Source: Candidatus Aquicultor secundus
GTDB taxonomy: Bacteria; Actinomycetota; Aquicultoria; Aquicultorales; Aquicultoraceae
NCBI GenBank assembly: GCA_002783345.1
Contig: PFFU01000039.1
Coordinates: forward strand, 1 to 24,000
Length of the DNA stretch: 24,000 nt
Reading direction: 5' to 3'
Below the pieces are notes generated by a model, which had not been told where the DNA came from, did not search any database, and saw only the letters and a list, made by a program, of their open reading frames with translations. Shown here in pieces: positions 1-8,769 of this stretch. Numbering within the stretch: the first letter of the stretch is position 1; every line of letters starts with the position of its first letter. Made by a program: the position numbers and the translations under genes.

Positions 1-22
1 ACCATTTATTATAGGAGGACAT

Positions 23-1183
23 ATGGAAATAGAGATAGGACGAGGAAAAAGGGGAAGAAGGGCGTACGGTTTCGATGATATCGCAATTGTTCCCAGCAGA
101 AGGACCCGCGACCCCGAAGATATCGACATAAGCTGGGAGATTGCCGGACACCGTTTTGAGCTGCCGCTTATGGCGTCGGCTATGGATGGTGTTGTTGATC
201 CCAAGCTTGCGATAGAGCTTGGCAAGTTTGGCGGTCTTGCGGTGCTTAACCTCGAAGGTATCTATACCCGTTATGCGGATACCGGTCCTATTCTTGATAA
301 AATAGCCAGTTTATCTAAGGAGGAAGCGACACGCGGTCTTCAGGAGATATATAATAAAGAGCCGGTTAAAGAGGAGCTTATCGCACAGCGCATCAAGGAG
401 ATCAAGGCCGGCGGGGTTTTGGCCGCCGCCTCGTTTACTCCCCAGAAAGTTGATACATACTATAAAATCGCGCTTGAAGCCGGGCTTGATTTTCTTATCA
501 TCCAGGGTACGGTTGTAAGCGCCGAGCATGTAAGCACACAGGTTGAGCCTCTGAATCTCAAGAAGTTTATAAACGAGCTTGAGATACCGGTTATCGTCGG
601 CGGATGCGCATCATACTCGACGGCTCTTCATCTTATGAGGACCGGTGCGGTCGGCGTTCTGGTCGGCGTTGGCCCGGGTGCCGCATGCACCACGCGGCGG
701 GTACTTGGCATTGGCGTCCCGCAGGCGACTGCAATAGCCGACGCCGCGGCCGCCAGGATGACGTATCTGGAGGAAAGCGGTCGTTACTGTCATGTTATCG
801 CAGACGGTGGTATGCGTACGGGCGGTGATATCGCTAAGGCGATTGCGTGCGGCGCGGACTCGGTTATGATCGGCTCCCCGATTGCCGGAACAAAAGAAGC
901 TCCCGGGCGCGGACATCACTGGGGCATGGCGACATTCCATCCGACCCTTCCGAGGGGAACCCGTGTTTACGCCGGTCAAAGATGCACGCTAGAAGAACTC
1001 TTGCTCGGCCCGGCGCGTGAGAACGACGGTACGCTTAACCTGTTTGGCGCCCTCAGGACATCCATGGCCACAACGGGCTACCAGAACATCAAAGAATTCC
1101 AAAAAGCCGAGGTCATGGTTGCACCATCTCTTCAAACCGAAGGCAAGGTTCTCCAACAGGCCCAGCGTGTAGGAATGGGGTAG
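23..1183 (+). CDS. IMP dehydrogenase-family protein without CBS insert (GuaB3-like)
   Basis: 386-aa ORF with AGGAGG just upstream. IMPDH-barrel hallmarks are present ([10 protein letters not shown]-terminus, [50 protein letters not shown]). It is too short to carry the CBS pair of canonical GuaB. It lies directly upstream of guaA. Confidence 0.85.
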   Translation: MEIEIGRGKRGRRAYGFDDIAIVPSRRTRDPEDIDISWEIAGHRFELPLMASAMDGVVDPKLAIELGKFGGLAVLNLEGIYTRYADTGPILDKIASLSKEEATRGLQEIYNKEPVKEELIAQRIKEIKAGGVLAAASFTPQKVDTYYKIALEAGLDFLIIQGTVVSAEHVSTQVEPLNLKKFINELEIPVIVGGCASYSTALHLMRTGAVGVLVGVGPGAACTTRRVLGIGVPQATAIADAAAARMTYLEESGRYCHVIADGGMRTGGDIAKAIACGADSVMIGSPIAGTKEAPGRGHHWGMATFHPTLPRGTRVYAGQRCTLEELLLGPARENDGTLNLFGALRTSMATTGYQNIKEFQKAEVMVAPSLQTEGKVLQQAQRVGMG

Positions 1184-1193
1184 GAGAAAACAA

Positions 1194-2750
1194 TTGTCCG
1201 CCGCTAAGGTAGTGAAAAACGAATTTCAGACGGTTCTAGTCGTTGATTACGGAGCGCAGTACGCTCAGCTTATCGCGCGACGCGTACGCGAGTGTAAAGT
1301 TTACTCGGAGATCGTGCCCCATGATATTTCAATTGAAAAACTTAAGGCCAAGAATCCGAGCGGATTGATATTTTCGGGTGGCCCGGCAAGCGTCTACGCT
1401 GATAACGCGCCGGCGGCCAATCCCGCGTTTTTTGAACTCGGCGTGCCCATTCTCGGCATATGCTACGGCATGCAGCTTATGGCCCACACGCTGGGCGGTG
1501 AAGTAGCGCGTACCGGCAACAGGGAATACGGAAAAACGGACCTGGTTGTTGATACAGGCAACGGTTTGTTTAAAGATGTTCCGCTTGATCAGGTTGTATG
1601 GATGAGCCATCAGGATGCGGTGCGGTCGGTCCCTGAAGGATTTAAGGTCTCGGCCCATACCGACGGCGTTCCGGTAGCCGCTATGGAAAATCCTCAAAAA
1701 GGATTCTACGGCGTGCAGTTTCACCCGGAGGTAGTTCATACCGCCTACGGCATGCAGATCCTTAAGAACTTCCTCTACGATGCCTGCGGATGCATGCCGA
1801 ACTGGACGATGGTCTCGATCATCGAGGAATCGGTTACAAAGATCAGGGAGCAGGTCGGCGACAACAAAGTCGTCTGCGGCTTAAGCGGCGGCGTCGACTC
1901 GTCGGTTGCCGCAATCCTGGTTCACAAGGCGATCGGCGATAACCTGATATGCATTTTTGTCGACCACGGCCTGCTTCGAAAAGGCGAGGCCGAAAAGGTT
2001 GAAGAGGCCTTTAGGAGGCACTTCCGTATAAACCTGATACACGTTAAGGCGCAGAACAGGTTCCTGGATAAGCTAAAAGGCGTGACCGATCCCGAGCGCA
2101 AGCGCAAGATTATCGGCGAGGAGTTTATCAGGGTATTTGAGGATGAGGCGGTCAAATTTCACGACGCCAAATTCCTGGTTCAGGGCACACTTTACCCGGA
2201 CGTTATAGAGAGCGGCACAAGGGATGCCGCAAAGATAAAGACACACCACAATGTCGGCGGCCTGCCTGAGGATATGGAGCTTAAGCTGGTGGAGCCGCTT
2301 CGCGCCCTCTTTAAGGATGAAGTACGCGCGGTTGGCGAAGAACTCGGCCTTCCCGACGAGATCGTGTGGAGACACCCGTTTCCGGGCCCCGGCCTCGCGG
2401 TTCGCATTATAGGCGAGATTACGCCCGAGCGATTGGATATCCTGCGAGATGCCGATGCGATCTTCGAAGAGGAGATAAAGCGGGCCGGCCTTTATCGGGA
2501 GATATGGCAGTCGTTTGCGGTCCTTCCGAGCATCCGCAGCGTGGGTGTTATGGGCGACGAGCGCACATACGCCTATCCGATCATCCTCAGAGCTGTTACC
2601 AGCGAAGATGCGATGACTGCCGATTGGGCGAGGATTCCATTCGACATCTTAGAGCGGATATCCAATCGGATAATAAACGAAGTACGCCATGTAAATCGGG
2701 TCGCGTACGATATTAGTTCGAAGCCCCCGGCGACAATAGAATGGGAATAG
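1194..2750 (+). CDS. guaA: GMP synthase (glutamine-hydrolysing)
   Basis: 518-aa ORF with a TTG start 7 nt after AGGAGA. The GATase-1 domain shows GICYGMQ and QFHPEV. The ATP-PPase P-loop is SGGVDSSV. The conserved C-terminal end is PPATIEWE. Confidence 0.95.
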   Translation: MSAAKVVKNEFQTVLVVDYGAQYAQLIARRVRECKVYSEIVPHDISIEKLKAKNPSGLIFSGGPASVYADNAPAANPAFFELGVPILGICYGMQLMAHTLGGEVARTGNREYGKTDLVVDTGNGLFKDVPLDQVVWMSHQDAVRSVPEGFKVSAHTDGVPVAAMENPQKGFYGVQFHPEVVHTAYGMQILKNFLYDACGCMPNWTMVSIIEESVTKIREQVGDNKVVCGLSGGVDSSVAAILVHKAIGDNLICIFVDHGLLRKGEAEKVEEAFRRHFRINLIHVKAQNRFLDKLKGVTDPERKRKIIGEEFIRVFEDEAVKFHDAKFLVQGTLYPDVIESGTRDAAKIKTHHNVGGLPEDMELKLVEPLRALFKDEVRAVGEELGLPDEIVWRHPFPGPGLAVRIIGEITPERLDILRDADAIFEEEIKRAGLYREIWQSFAVLPSIRSVGVMGDERTYAYPIILRAVTSEDAMTADWARIPFDILERISNRIINEVRHVNRVAYDISSKPPATIEWE

Positions 2751-2765
2751 CACTGGAGGAAATTC

Positions 2766-3035
2766 ATGAGTGACGACGCAATGCGCCAGATTGAAGAGTT
2801 GCGCAAACAGATCGACGATATCGACCGCGAGATCGTCCGGAAACTTAATACGAGAGCCGAGCTTGCGTTAAAGATCAGGGTGTTTAAGGCGCAGAGCGAC
2901 CTGCCTCTTTACGACCCCGGACGGGAAGAGAATATATTCCAGAAGATTACCACGGCAAATAACGGTCCCCTCTACGATGACGACCTCAGGGGTATCTACG
3001 AAACCATTCTGCACACGATGAAAAGCTTGGATTAG
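2766..3035 (+). CDS. chorismate mutase (AroQ class, stand-alone)
   Basis: 89-aa helical ORF with GGAGG upstream. The N-terminal pattern LRKQIDDIDREIVRKLNTRAELALKI and the later PLYDPGREENI match AroQ-type chorismate mutase. Confidence 0.8.
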   Translation: MSDDAMRQIEELRKQIDDIDREIVRKLNTRAELALKIRVFKAQSDLPLYDPGREENIFQKITTANNGPLYDDDLRGIYETILHTMKSLD

Positions 3036-3044
3036 GTGAAAGGC

Positions 3045-3809
3045 ATGATTGAAAGCAAACATATGACGATTATCTCCGGGCCGTGCGCGGTTGAAAGCCG
3101 CGAGCAGGTGATGGAGGTTGCAAAAACGATTTCTGAACTCGGCCTCACATATATGCGGGGCGGAGCATTCAAGCCAAGGACATCCCCATACAGCTTTCAA
3201 GGCCTTGAGGAAAAAGGGCTAAAATACCTCACCGAAGCCACAAAGCAATATGGGCTCAAAGCGGTAACCGAAGTTATGGATACCGAGCATGTCGAACTGG
3301 TTCTGCGGTATGCTGATATGATTCAGGTTGGCACGCGCAACATGGCGAACTTTGCGCTTTTAAAGAAAATCGGGGCCTTAACCGCCGAGAGCAAGACGCC
3401 GGTTATCCTTAAAAGAGGAATGTCGGCTACGATTGATGAGTGGCTTCTTGCAACCGAATATATTACAACCGCGGGTAACCCCAACGTTATCCTATGCGAG
3501 CGCGGGATAAGAACGTTTGAACCTTCGACCCGCTTTACACTCGATCTCTCCGCCGTGCCGGTGGTCAAAAAGCTTAGCCCGCACCCAATTATCGTGGATA
3601 TAAGCCATGCGATGGGTCGCGCCGACTACATCATCCCGATGAGCCGCGCAGCGGTCGCCGCAGGCGCCGACGGCCTGATGATCGAGGTCCATCCAAACCC
3701 CAAAAAAGCCCTCTGCGACGGCGCGCAATCCCTGACACCCGAGCAGCTAAAGCAGTTGGTGGGTGAAGTTAAAGCTATAGCTGAAGTTGTCGGCAAGCGT
3801 GTGGTCTAA
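3045..3809 (+). CDS. aroF: 3-deoxy-7-phosphoheptulonate (DAHP) synthase, type I-beta
   Basis: Motifs GPCAVES, RGGAFKPRTSPYSFQGL, ERGIRTFE and DISHAMGR are typical of the KDO8PS-like DAHP synthases. I prefer ATG 3045 (AGGTGA 5 nt upstream). GTG 3036, as in the ORF track, is an alternative start. Confidence 0.9.
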   Translation: MIESKHMTIISGPCAVESREQVMEVAKTISELGLTYMRGGAFKPRTSPYSFQGLEEKGLKYLTEATKQYGLKAVTEVMDTEHVELVLRYADMIQVGTRNMANFALLKKIGALTAESKTPVILKRGMSATIDEWLLATEYITTAGNPNVILCERGIRTFEPSTRFTLDLSAVPVVKKLSPHPIIVDISHAMGRADYIIPMSRAAVAAGADGLMIEVHPNPKKALCDGAQSLTPEQLKQLVGEVKAIAEVVGKRVV

Positions 3810-3838
3810 TCTCAATCGTTAATCTTGCATTAATCTTG

Positions 3839-3867
3839 TTGACAAATAGCGACCGCCTCTTTAGAAT
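3839..3867 (+). promoter_or_regulatory. sigma70-type promoter for the riboswitch-1 operon
   Basis: TTGACA (3839-3844), 17-nt spacer, TAGAAT (3862-3867). The predicted start near 3874 is immediately before the aptamer. Confidence 0.7.
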
Positions 3868-3875
3868 TATAATTC

Positions 3876-3948
3876 AGCGATGGAGCTCGCTAACTTGCAT
3901 TTGATGCTAATGGCTCCTGCCTTGAGGGGTAGGGGCCTATTTTTTTTT
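3876..3948 (+). promoter_or_regulatory. fluoride riboswitch (crcB motif), copy 1, with expression-platform terminator
   Basis: The RNA reads AGCG-AUGGAGCU-CGCU-AACUU-GCAU(UUG)AUGC-UAAU-GGCUCC-UGC. P1 is AGCG/CGCU. The P1 loop GGAGCU (3882-3887) can pair with GGCUCC (3912-3917) as a pseudoknot. P3 is a small hairpin, and UAAUG..CCU is the conserved 3' tail. The layout parallels the Thermotoga petrophila aptamer as I recall it (GGCG-AUGAGGCC-CGCC-CAAACU-GCCC..GGGC-UGAUG-GCCUC-UAC). The 3' pseudoknot strand is also the 5' arm of a 10-bp terminator stem (3912-3921 / 3928-3937), which is followed by T9 (3940-3948). Confidence 0.8.
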
Positions 3949-3974
3949 GCTTTGAAAGGAGACGCATAGGTTTT

Positions 3975-5090
3975 ATGAACGAACTTTTTACAACCGCTGT
4001 TATGGGATTTTTGGTGTTGCTGGCAAGCATAATTTCGGTCGAAGTCGGGATATCGGTTGCGCTAATAGAGATATTTTTGGGCGTCGTTGCAGGGAACCTT
4101 GGCATAAAGGTATTGCCCTGGGTTAGTTTCCTGGGAACCTTTGCAGGCGTAGTTTTAACGTTTCTAGCAGGTGCTGAGGTAGATATACCACTTTTAAGGG
4201 CTAAATTTAAAGAGAGCGCACTAATAGGCGGTTTAAGCTTTCTTTTCCCGTTTGTGCTCACGTTTTTATTTGCATGGTTTATAGCCGGATGGGATTTACG
4301 CGCGTCAGAAATTGCAGGCATCGCGCTCTCTACGACATCTCTTGCGGTAGTTTATGCGGTGCTTGTGGAAACGGGCTTAAATCGAACACAGATAGGAAAA
4401 CTCATAATGGCGGCGACCTTTATAACAGACCTGGCTACAGTTCTGGCATTAAGTATACTTTTCGTTCAGGTTAATGCCTTTACGATAGTCTTCATGCTGG
4501 TGTCTATCGCTTTGATTATTATCTTACCCAAGATCAGCCCGTGGTTTTTTAAGAGATATGGAGAACGGGTAATTGAGCCTGAAATAAAGCTCATGTTTTT
4601 CGTGCTCTTTCTCTTGATGTATTTAGGCGACCTTGGCTTAAGCCACGCAGTACTGCCCGCCTTTATATTGGGACTTGTCCTGTCCCAATTATATGAGAAA
4701 AACAAGCTACAGTTGCAGAGAATGCGTGTTGTTGGGTTTGCTTTGTTAACTCCATTCTTCTTTCTAAAGGCCGGGATGAATATATCCATTAGCGTTTTGA
4801 TAGCTAACTTATCTCTCTTGGCCGCCTTTTTTGTAGTAAAAATTGCCGCTAAGTTTGTAGGCGTACTGCCGGTTTCTAGGCGATATATACCTGAGTCGGC
4901 TACTTATACAACGCTTTTAATGAGTACAGGGCTAACTTTTGGCACTATCTCTTCTATTTATGGGCTGAATGCAGGTATCATTAATAAAGCGCAATTTTCG
5001 ATACTGGTAGCCGTTGTTATTGCCAGTGCTATTATTCCGACAATTATTGCGCAGCGTTTCTTCTCGCCGAAGATCGGTTTTGAAGAGTAA
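3975..5090 (+). CDS. cation:proton antiporter (Na+/H+ exchanger family, CPA-type, no KTN domain)
   Basis: 371-aa polytopic membrane ORF with AAAGGAG upstream. The hydrophobic repeat pattern and motifs (LGVVAGNLG, FLAGAEVD, ALLTPFFFLKAGM) are typical of PF00999-type exchangers. Confidence 0.85.
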   Translation: MNELFTTAVMGFLVLLASIISVEVGISVALIEIFLGVVAGNLGIKVLPWVSFLGTFAGVVLTFLAGAEVDIPLLRAKFKESALIGGLSFLFPFVLTFLFAWFIAGWDLRASEIAGIALSTTSLAVVYAVLVETGLNRTQIGKLIMAATFITDLATVLALSILFVQVNAFTIVFMLVSIALIIILPKISPWFFKRYGERVIEPEIKLMFFVLFLLMYLGDLGLSHAVLPAFILGLVLSQLYEKNKLQLQRMRVVGFALLTPFFFLKAGMNISISVLIANLSLLAAFFVVKIAAKFVGVLPVSRRYIPESATYTTLLMSTGLTFGTISSIYGLNAGIINKAQFSILVAVVIASAIIPTIIAQRFFSPKIGFEE

Positions 5091-5150
5091 TGAGTCTTGA
5101 CGTTATTATTATAAAAACGCGGGAGAGTTTTACTTATCGGGAGGTAGGTT

Positions 5151-5573
5151 ATGTTTAAGAAGATATTGGTTGCTAATGATGGCTCTGAAGGCGCAATAAG
5201 AGCCCTTGAGAAAGGAATTGAGTTGGCGCAAATATTTGGCGCCGAGCTTTGGTCGCTCTCTGTTGAGGGGCCGCTACCGGCTTATGCTGCAATCATTGGC
5301 GAAGTAGAAGAGGCCCGTATCGAAAGGGAAAATTATTTTAAGGCTATAGAAGACGAAGCAGAGAGAATAGCGAAGGAAAAAGGCGTTGAGCTTAAGACTA
5401 AAGTCGCCTATGGACATCCCGCTGACGTGATCATCCGGTTTGCGGAAGAAAGGAACTTCGATTTAATAATCCTTGCGCATAAAGGGCATACGCTGGCGGA
5501 TCGTTTCTTACTGGGAAGCACTTCGGACAAGGTTGCAGATCACTCAAAAAGCAGTGTTCTTATAGTTAAATAA
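5151..5573 (+). CDS. universal stress protein (UspA family)
   Basis: 140-aa ORF with GGGAGG upstream. The MFKKILVANDGSE start and the C-terminal LGSTSDKVADHSKSSVLIV ATP-binding-type motif are typical of Usp domains. Confidence 0.9.
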   Translation: MFKKILVANDGSEGAIRALEKGIELAQIFGAELWSLSVEGPLPAYAAIIGEVEEARIERENYFKAIEDEAERIAKEKGVELKTKVAYGHPADVIIRFAEERNFDLIILAHKGHTLADRFLLGSTSDKVADHSKSSVLIVK

Positions 5574-5664
5574 GCTGCTAAAAGTGGTAAACATCATAAT
5601 CAAAGCACCGTTCGGATTAATAGCATAAGCATTGGTTTTCGGATATAATTGCATCAGTATTGGA

Positions 5665-5694
5665 TTGACGATATTTCAAGCTATCGCTTATACT
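5665..5694 (+). promoter_or_regulatory. sigma70-type promoter for the riboswitch-2 operon
   Basis: TTGACG (5665-5670), 18-nt spacer, TATACT (5689-5694). Confidence 0.6.
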
Positions 5695-5716
5695 AATCTC
5701 TCAAAACGAATACGAT

Positions 5717-5789
5717 CGCGATGGGGCTCGCATAAATCGCTTTAATGCTAATAGCTCCTACGAGTTTGCGTAGGGGCTATTATTTTTAT
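5717..5789 (+). promoter_or_regulatory. fluoride riboswitch (crcB motif), copy 2 (minimal P3), with expression-platform terminator
   Basis: The RNA reads CGCG-AUGGGGCU-CGCA-UAAAUC-GC(UUUAAU)GC-UAAU-AGCUCC-UAC. It aligns without gaps to copy 1 across 36 nt (5723-5758 vs 3882-3917, 26 identical). The pseudoknot is GGGGCU (5723-5728) with AGCUCC (5753-5758). The 3' strand is embedded in an 11-bp terminator stem (5752-5762 / 5769-5779), followed by UUAUUUUUAU. Between the two copies, the pseudoknot pairs change between Watson-Crick and G-U while staying paired, and the terminator stem has a true compensatory C-G to G-C swap. Confidence 0.7.
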
Positions 5790-5801
5790 GAGGTGATTTA
5801 A

Positions 5802-7592
5802 TTGTTGATCAATTACGCAGAAGCGAAAACAGAGACACTTATGGCTTTAGGTAAGCTTAAAGCAAACTTGAATCATGATGAGTCGCTTGGAAATAACAAT
5901 ATGCTCGAATATGCGATTGAAAAGCTTACTGATAACAAGTTTAACCTTGTAGTTATGGGTGAATTCAAACGAGGTAAAACTTCGTTTATCAATGCTTTAC
6001 TTGGCGAATCCGTATTGCCGATGGCTGTAGTCCCGCTTACCTCAATTATAACCGAACTGGTCTACGGGGATATCCCTTCAGCAGAGGTCATTTTTGAAGA
6101 CGGCAAGAGAAAGACCATATCTCTTGAAGTGCTTGACGATTATGTGACGGAGCGTAAGAATCCCAGCAACGAGAAAGGTGCCAAGAAAGTTATTGTCAGG
6201 TATCCGTCCAAGTACTTACAGGAGGGCGTCATATTAGTCGACACCCCCGGTGTCGGTTCGATCTACGAACATAACACCGAGGTCTCTTACGACTATCTTC
6301 CTGAAGCGGATGCGGTTATATTTCTTGTCTCTTCCGACCCACCCATAAGCAAGACCGAGATAGCGTTTCTTGCCGATGTCAAGGAATACATAGAAAAACT
6401 CTTTTTTATCCAAAATAAGATTGATTATCTGTCGGATGGTGAGAGGGAAGAATCCCTCGCATTTAATAGAAAGGTTTTAGAACAAGCATTAGGCAACAGC
6501 GTAACTTTGATCCCGCTTTCTGCCAGGCTGGCCCTTCAGGCCAGACAGAACGGTAACCAAGAGATGCTTCTTAAAAGCAATTTGCCTGAGTTTGAGCGTG
6601 AACTTTCGGAATTTTTACTTAAAGAGAAGGGCATGCTCATATTAACTGTTGCAGTGAATCGTGGCTTACAGGCTACGAACAACATACTGCGGCATATCGA
6701 GCTTGAGCTTAAAACCCTTGAGGCTCCTATCGAGATTGTCGAAAAGCAACTGGGGGATTTCAAGAAATACGTTGAGCAAATCGAGCGAAAGCGCCTGGAT
6801 GCGCATTACCTTATGAAGGGGCAAATCAGCGAGCTTCTTAAGCAATACGACGAGGAAGTGGAGACTTTAAATAAGGAACGGCTACCGGAAGCAATTAATG
6901 AGCTTGAATCTGAATTTCAAAAGGTTAAAGCCGGACCTAAAAGAGAAATCGCCGAGAAGTTAGATGAGGCCGTCAGAGGCATCATTCTTTCAATCTTTAC
7001 CCGCTGGCGAAGCGAACAAGAGAAAAAGATGTCGAGCGGTTTTCAGGCGGTCGCCGAGCGCCTCATTGAAGAGACGAACAAAATCGCTCAAGAGATTGCG
7101 AGCACGGCATCAGAAATATTCGGGCTCTCCCTTTCACAAATCGTCGATACCGTTATGCTTATTGATAGCAAGCGTTTCTATTACCTCCTTGACGAAGAGA
7201 CAACCAGTATTGATCTTCTCGTCATGCCGGTACGAGGCATGCTTCCAAAAGTGTTTGCCGCAAAGATGATCTATACAGATTCAAAACAGAAACTGACGGA
7301 TCTTTTCGGCATGCATTGCGGCCGAGTCCGGGGCGATCTTTATGAGAGACTAGATGAGAGCCTGCTTTCATTAAAGGGTATGCTGAATAGCCGGGTATCC
7401 GAGATGGTAAGTAGCGTCGAATCGGCCGTTGTAAGAGGGCTTGAATACCGGCAGAAAAATGAGAGCGAAATCCAAAGAAGAAAGCTTGAGCTTGAGGCTT
7501 ACAAGGAAAAGGTTGAAAAAATCGACCTGGAATTAAAGGCGCTTTCAGCTAAAATAGATAACGAAAGAGGCGTAAATGAAGCAGCAAAATAA
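5802..7592 (+). CDS. dynamin-family GTPase (bacterial dynamin-like protein)
   Basis: 596-aa ORF with a TTG start 5 nt after GAGGTGA. GTPase motifs are G1 GEFKRGKTS, G3 DTPGVGS and G4 NKID, in the order and spacing of the Dynamin_N domain. The C-terminal half is long and predicted helical/coiled-coil. Confidence 0.85.
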   Translation: MLINYAEAKTETLMALGKLKANLNHDESLGNNNMLEYAIEKLTDNKFNLVVMGEFKRGKTSFINALLGESVLPMAVVPLTSIITELVYGDIPSAEVIFEDGKRKTISLEVLDDYVTERKNPSNEKGAKKVIVRYPSKYLQEGVILVDTPGVGSIYEHNTEVSYDYLPEADAVIFLVSSDPPISKTEIAFLADVKEYIEKLFFIQNKIDYLSDGEREESLAFNRKVLEQALGNSVTLIPLSARLALQARQNGNQEMLLKSNLPEFERELSEFLLKEKGMLILTVAVNRGLQATNNILRHIELELKTLEAPIEIVEKQLGDFKKYVEQIERKRLDAHYLMKGQISELLKQYDEEVETLNKERLPEAINELESEFQKVKAGPKREIAEKLDEAVRGIILSIFTRWRSEQEKKMSSGFQAVAERLIEETNKIAQEIASTASEIFGLSLSQIVDTVMLIDSKRFYYLLDEETTSIDLLVMPVRGMLPKVFAAKMIYTDSKQKLTDLFGMHCGRVRGDLYERLDESLLSLKGMLNSRVSEMVSSVESAVVRGLEYRQKNESEIQRRKLELEAYKEKVEKIDLELKALSAKIDNERGVNEAAK

Positions 7593-8769
7593 AAAAATCT
7601 TGGGCTTTTCAAGGAACGTTTTCTTCGTTGGCTTAACCAGTTTTTTTACGGATATTTCCACGGAGATGGTGTATCCGCTCATTCCGATATTTCTCACCAC
7701 GGTACTAGGTGCCCCGGTTGCAATCGTCGGTTTAGTTGAGGGTATTGCCGAGTCCACGGCAAGTTTACTTAAAGTTATTTCCGGTTGGCTATCCGACCGC
7801 ACCCAAAGACGCAAAAGGTTAACCGTACTTGGCTACGGCCTTGCCGCAATTGCAAAACCGTTACTTGCCCTTTCTTTTGTGTGGTGGCAGGTGTTAATTG
7901 CCCGGTTCGTCGACCGCTTCGGGAAAGGCGTCAGAACATCACCGAGGGATGCTTTGATAGCAGATTCAACCAGCAGCGAGGATTACGGCAAGGCGTTTGG
8001 CTTTCATAGAGGGATGGATACGCTGGGCGCCGCCTTTGGACCCCTGATCGCCTTTGCCGCTTTGCCCCTGTTACATAATAACTTCAGGTTGTATTTCAGC
8101 TTTGCCATTATCCCGGCCGTTATCGGTGTTGTTGTTCTTGCTCTTTTTGTTAAAGAAAAAGTAAGAGCTGCAAAAGTTGAAAATCTAAGGCTAAGTCTTA
8201 AGCCCTTTAACAGGCAGTTTAAGCTGTTTCTACTTATAGTTTTAATCTTTACCGTTGGCAACTCAAGCGACGCTTTTCTCATTTTAAGAGCAAACAATGT
8301 GGGTGTCGCGGTTGGCTTAATCCCCCTTGTTTATTTCGTTTTTAATACGGTTTACGCGCTTGCTTCCACGCCTATCGGCGCCCTCTCAGATAGAATCGGG
8401 AGAAAAGTCGTAATCATCGCCGGCTACTTGATATTTGCCATCGTTTACCTTGGTTTTGCTCTGGTAAAAAGTCCATTTACCATCTGGCTTCTATTTGCAG
8501 CCTATGGTCTGTATTATGCTTTTACCGAGGGTATCTTTAAAGCCTTTACCGCCGATCTTGTCCCGGAGAATTTGCGAGGCACGGCATACGGCTTTCTTAG
8601 TTTAGTGTTAGGGATTGCACTGCTTCCTGCAAGTCTAATAGCAGGATTTTTGTGGGATAAGATCAGCCCAAGCGCACCGTTTTTCTTCGGCAGCGCCGTC
8701 TCACTTATTGCGCTTGTGCTTTTCATGGCTTTAATTCCAAACGACAACCGCAATAACGCCGACGCGTAA
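7576..8769 (+). CDS. MFS transporter (unknown substrate)
   Basis: 397-aa ORF with about 12 hydrophobic segments. The loop 2-3 motif GWLSDRTQRRKR is MFS-like. The ATG overlaps the end of the dynamin gene by 17 nt, and AGAGG lies upstream. Confidence 0.85.
   Translation: MKQQNKKILGFSRNVFFVGLTSFFTDISTEMVYPLIPIFLTTVLGAPVAIVGLVEGIAESTASLLKVISGWLSDRTQRRKRLTVLGYGLAAIAKPLLALSFVWWQVLIARFVDRFGKGVRTSPRDALIADSTSSEDYGKAFGFHRGMDTLGAAFGPLIAFAALPLLHNNFRLYFSFAIIPAVIGVVVLALFVKEKVRAAKVENLRLSLKPFNRQFKLFLLIVLIFTVGNSSDAFLILRANNVGVAVGLIPLVYFVFNTVYALASTPIGALSDRIGRKVVIIAGYLIFAIVYLGFALVKSPFTIWLLFAAYGLYYAFTEGIFKAFTADLVPENLRGTAYGFLSLVLGIALLPASLIAGFLWDKISPSAPFFFGSAVSLIALVLFMALIPNDNRNNADA

Noticed and set aside
3033-3035. 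The in-frame TAG as a pyrrolysine codon.
   Set aside because: There is no pyl gene context, no methylamine methyltransferase context and no PYLIS-like signal. An ordinary stop with a closely coupled restart is simpler.
3876-3948. My first reading of the two conserved leaders (here and at 5717-5789) was as Li+/Na+-type riboswitches (nhaA-I or DUF1646 motifs), because a cation/H+ antiporter follows copy 1.
   Set aside because: The sequence fits the crcB/fluoride layout element by element: P1, loop-to-tail pseudoknot, AUAAA/AAC joiner, small P3 and the UAAUG..CCUAC tail. I cannot recall the nhaA-I or DUF1646 consensus well enough to support that alternative. A cmsearch against all three models would settle it.
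3890-4321. 143-aa minus-strand ORF from the track.
   Set aside because: It overlaps the riboswitch terminator and lies antisense to the well-supported antiporter gene. It has low-complexity basic composition and no RBS, so it is a shadow ORF.
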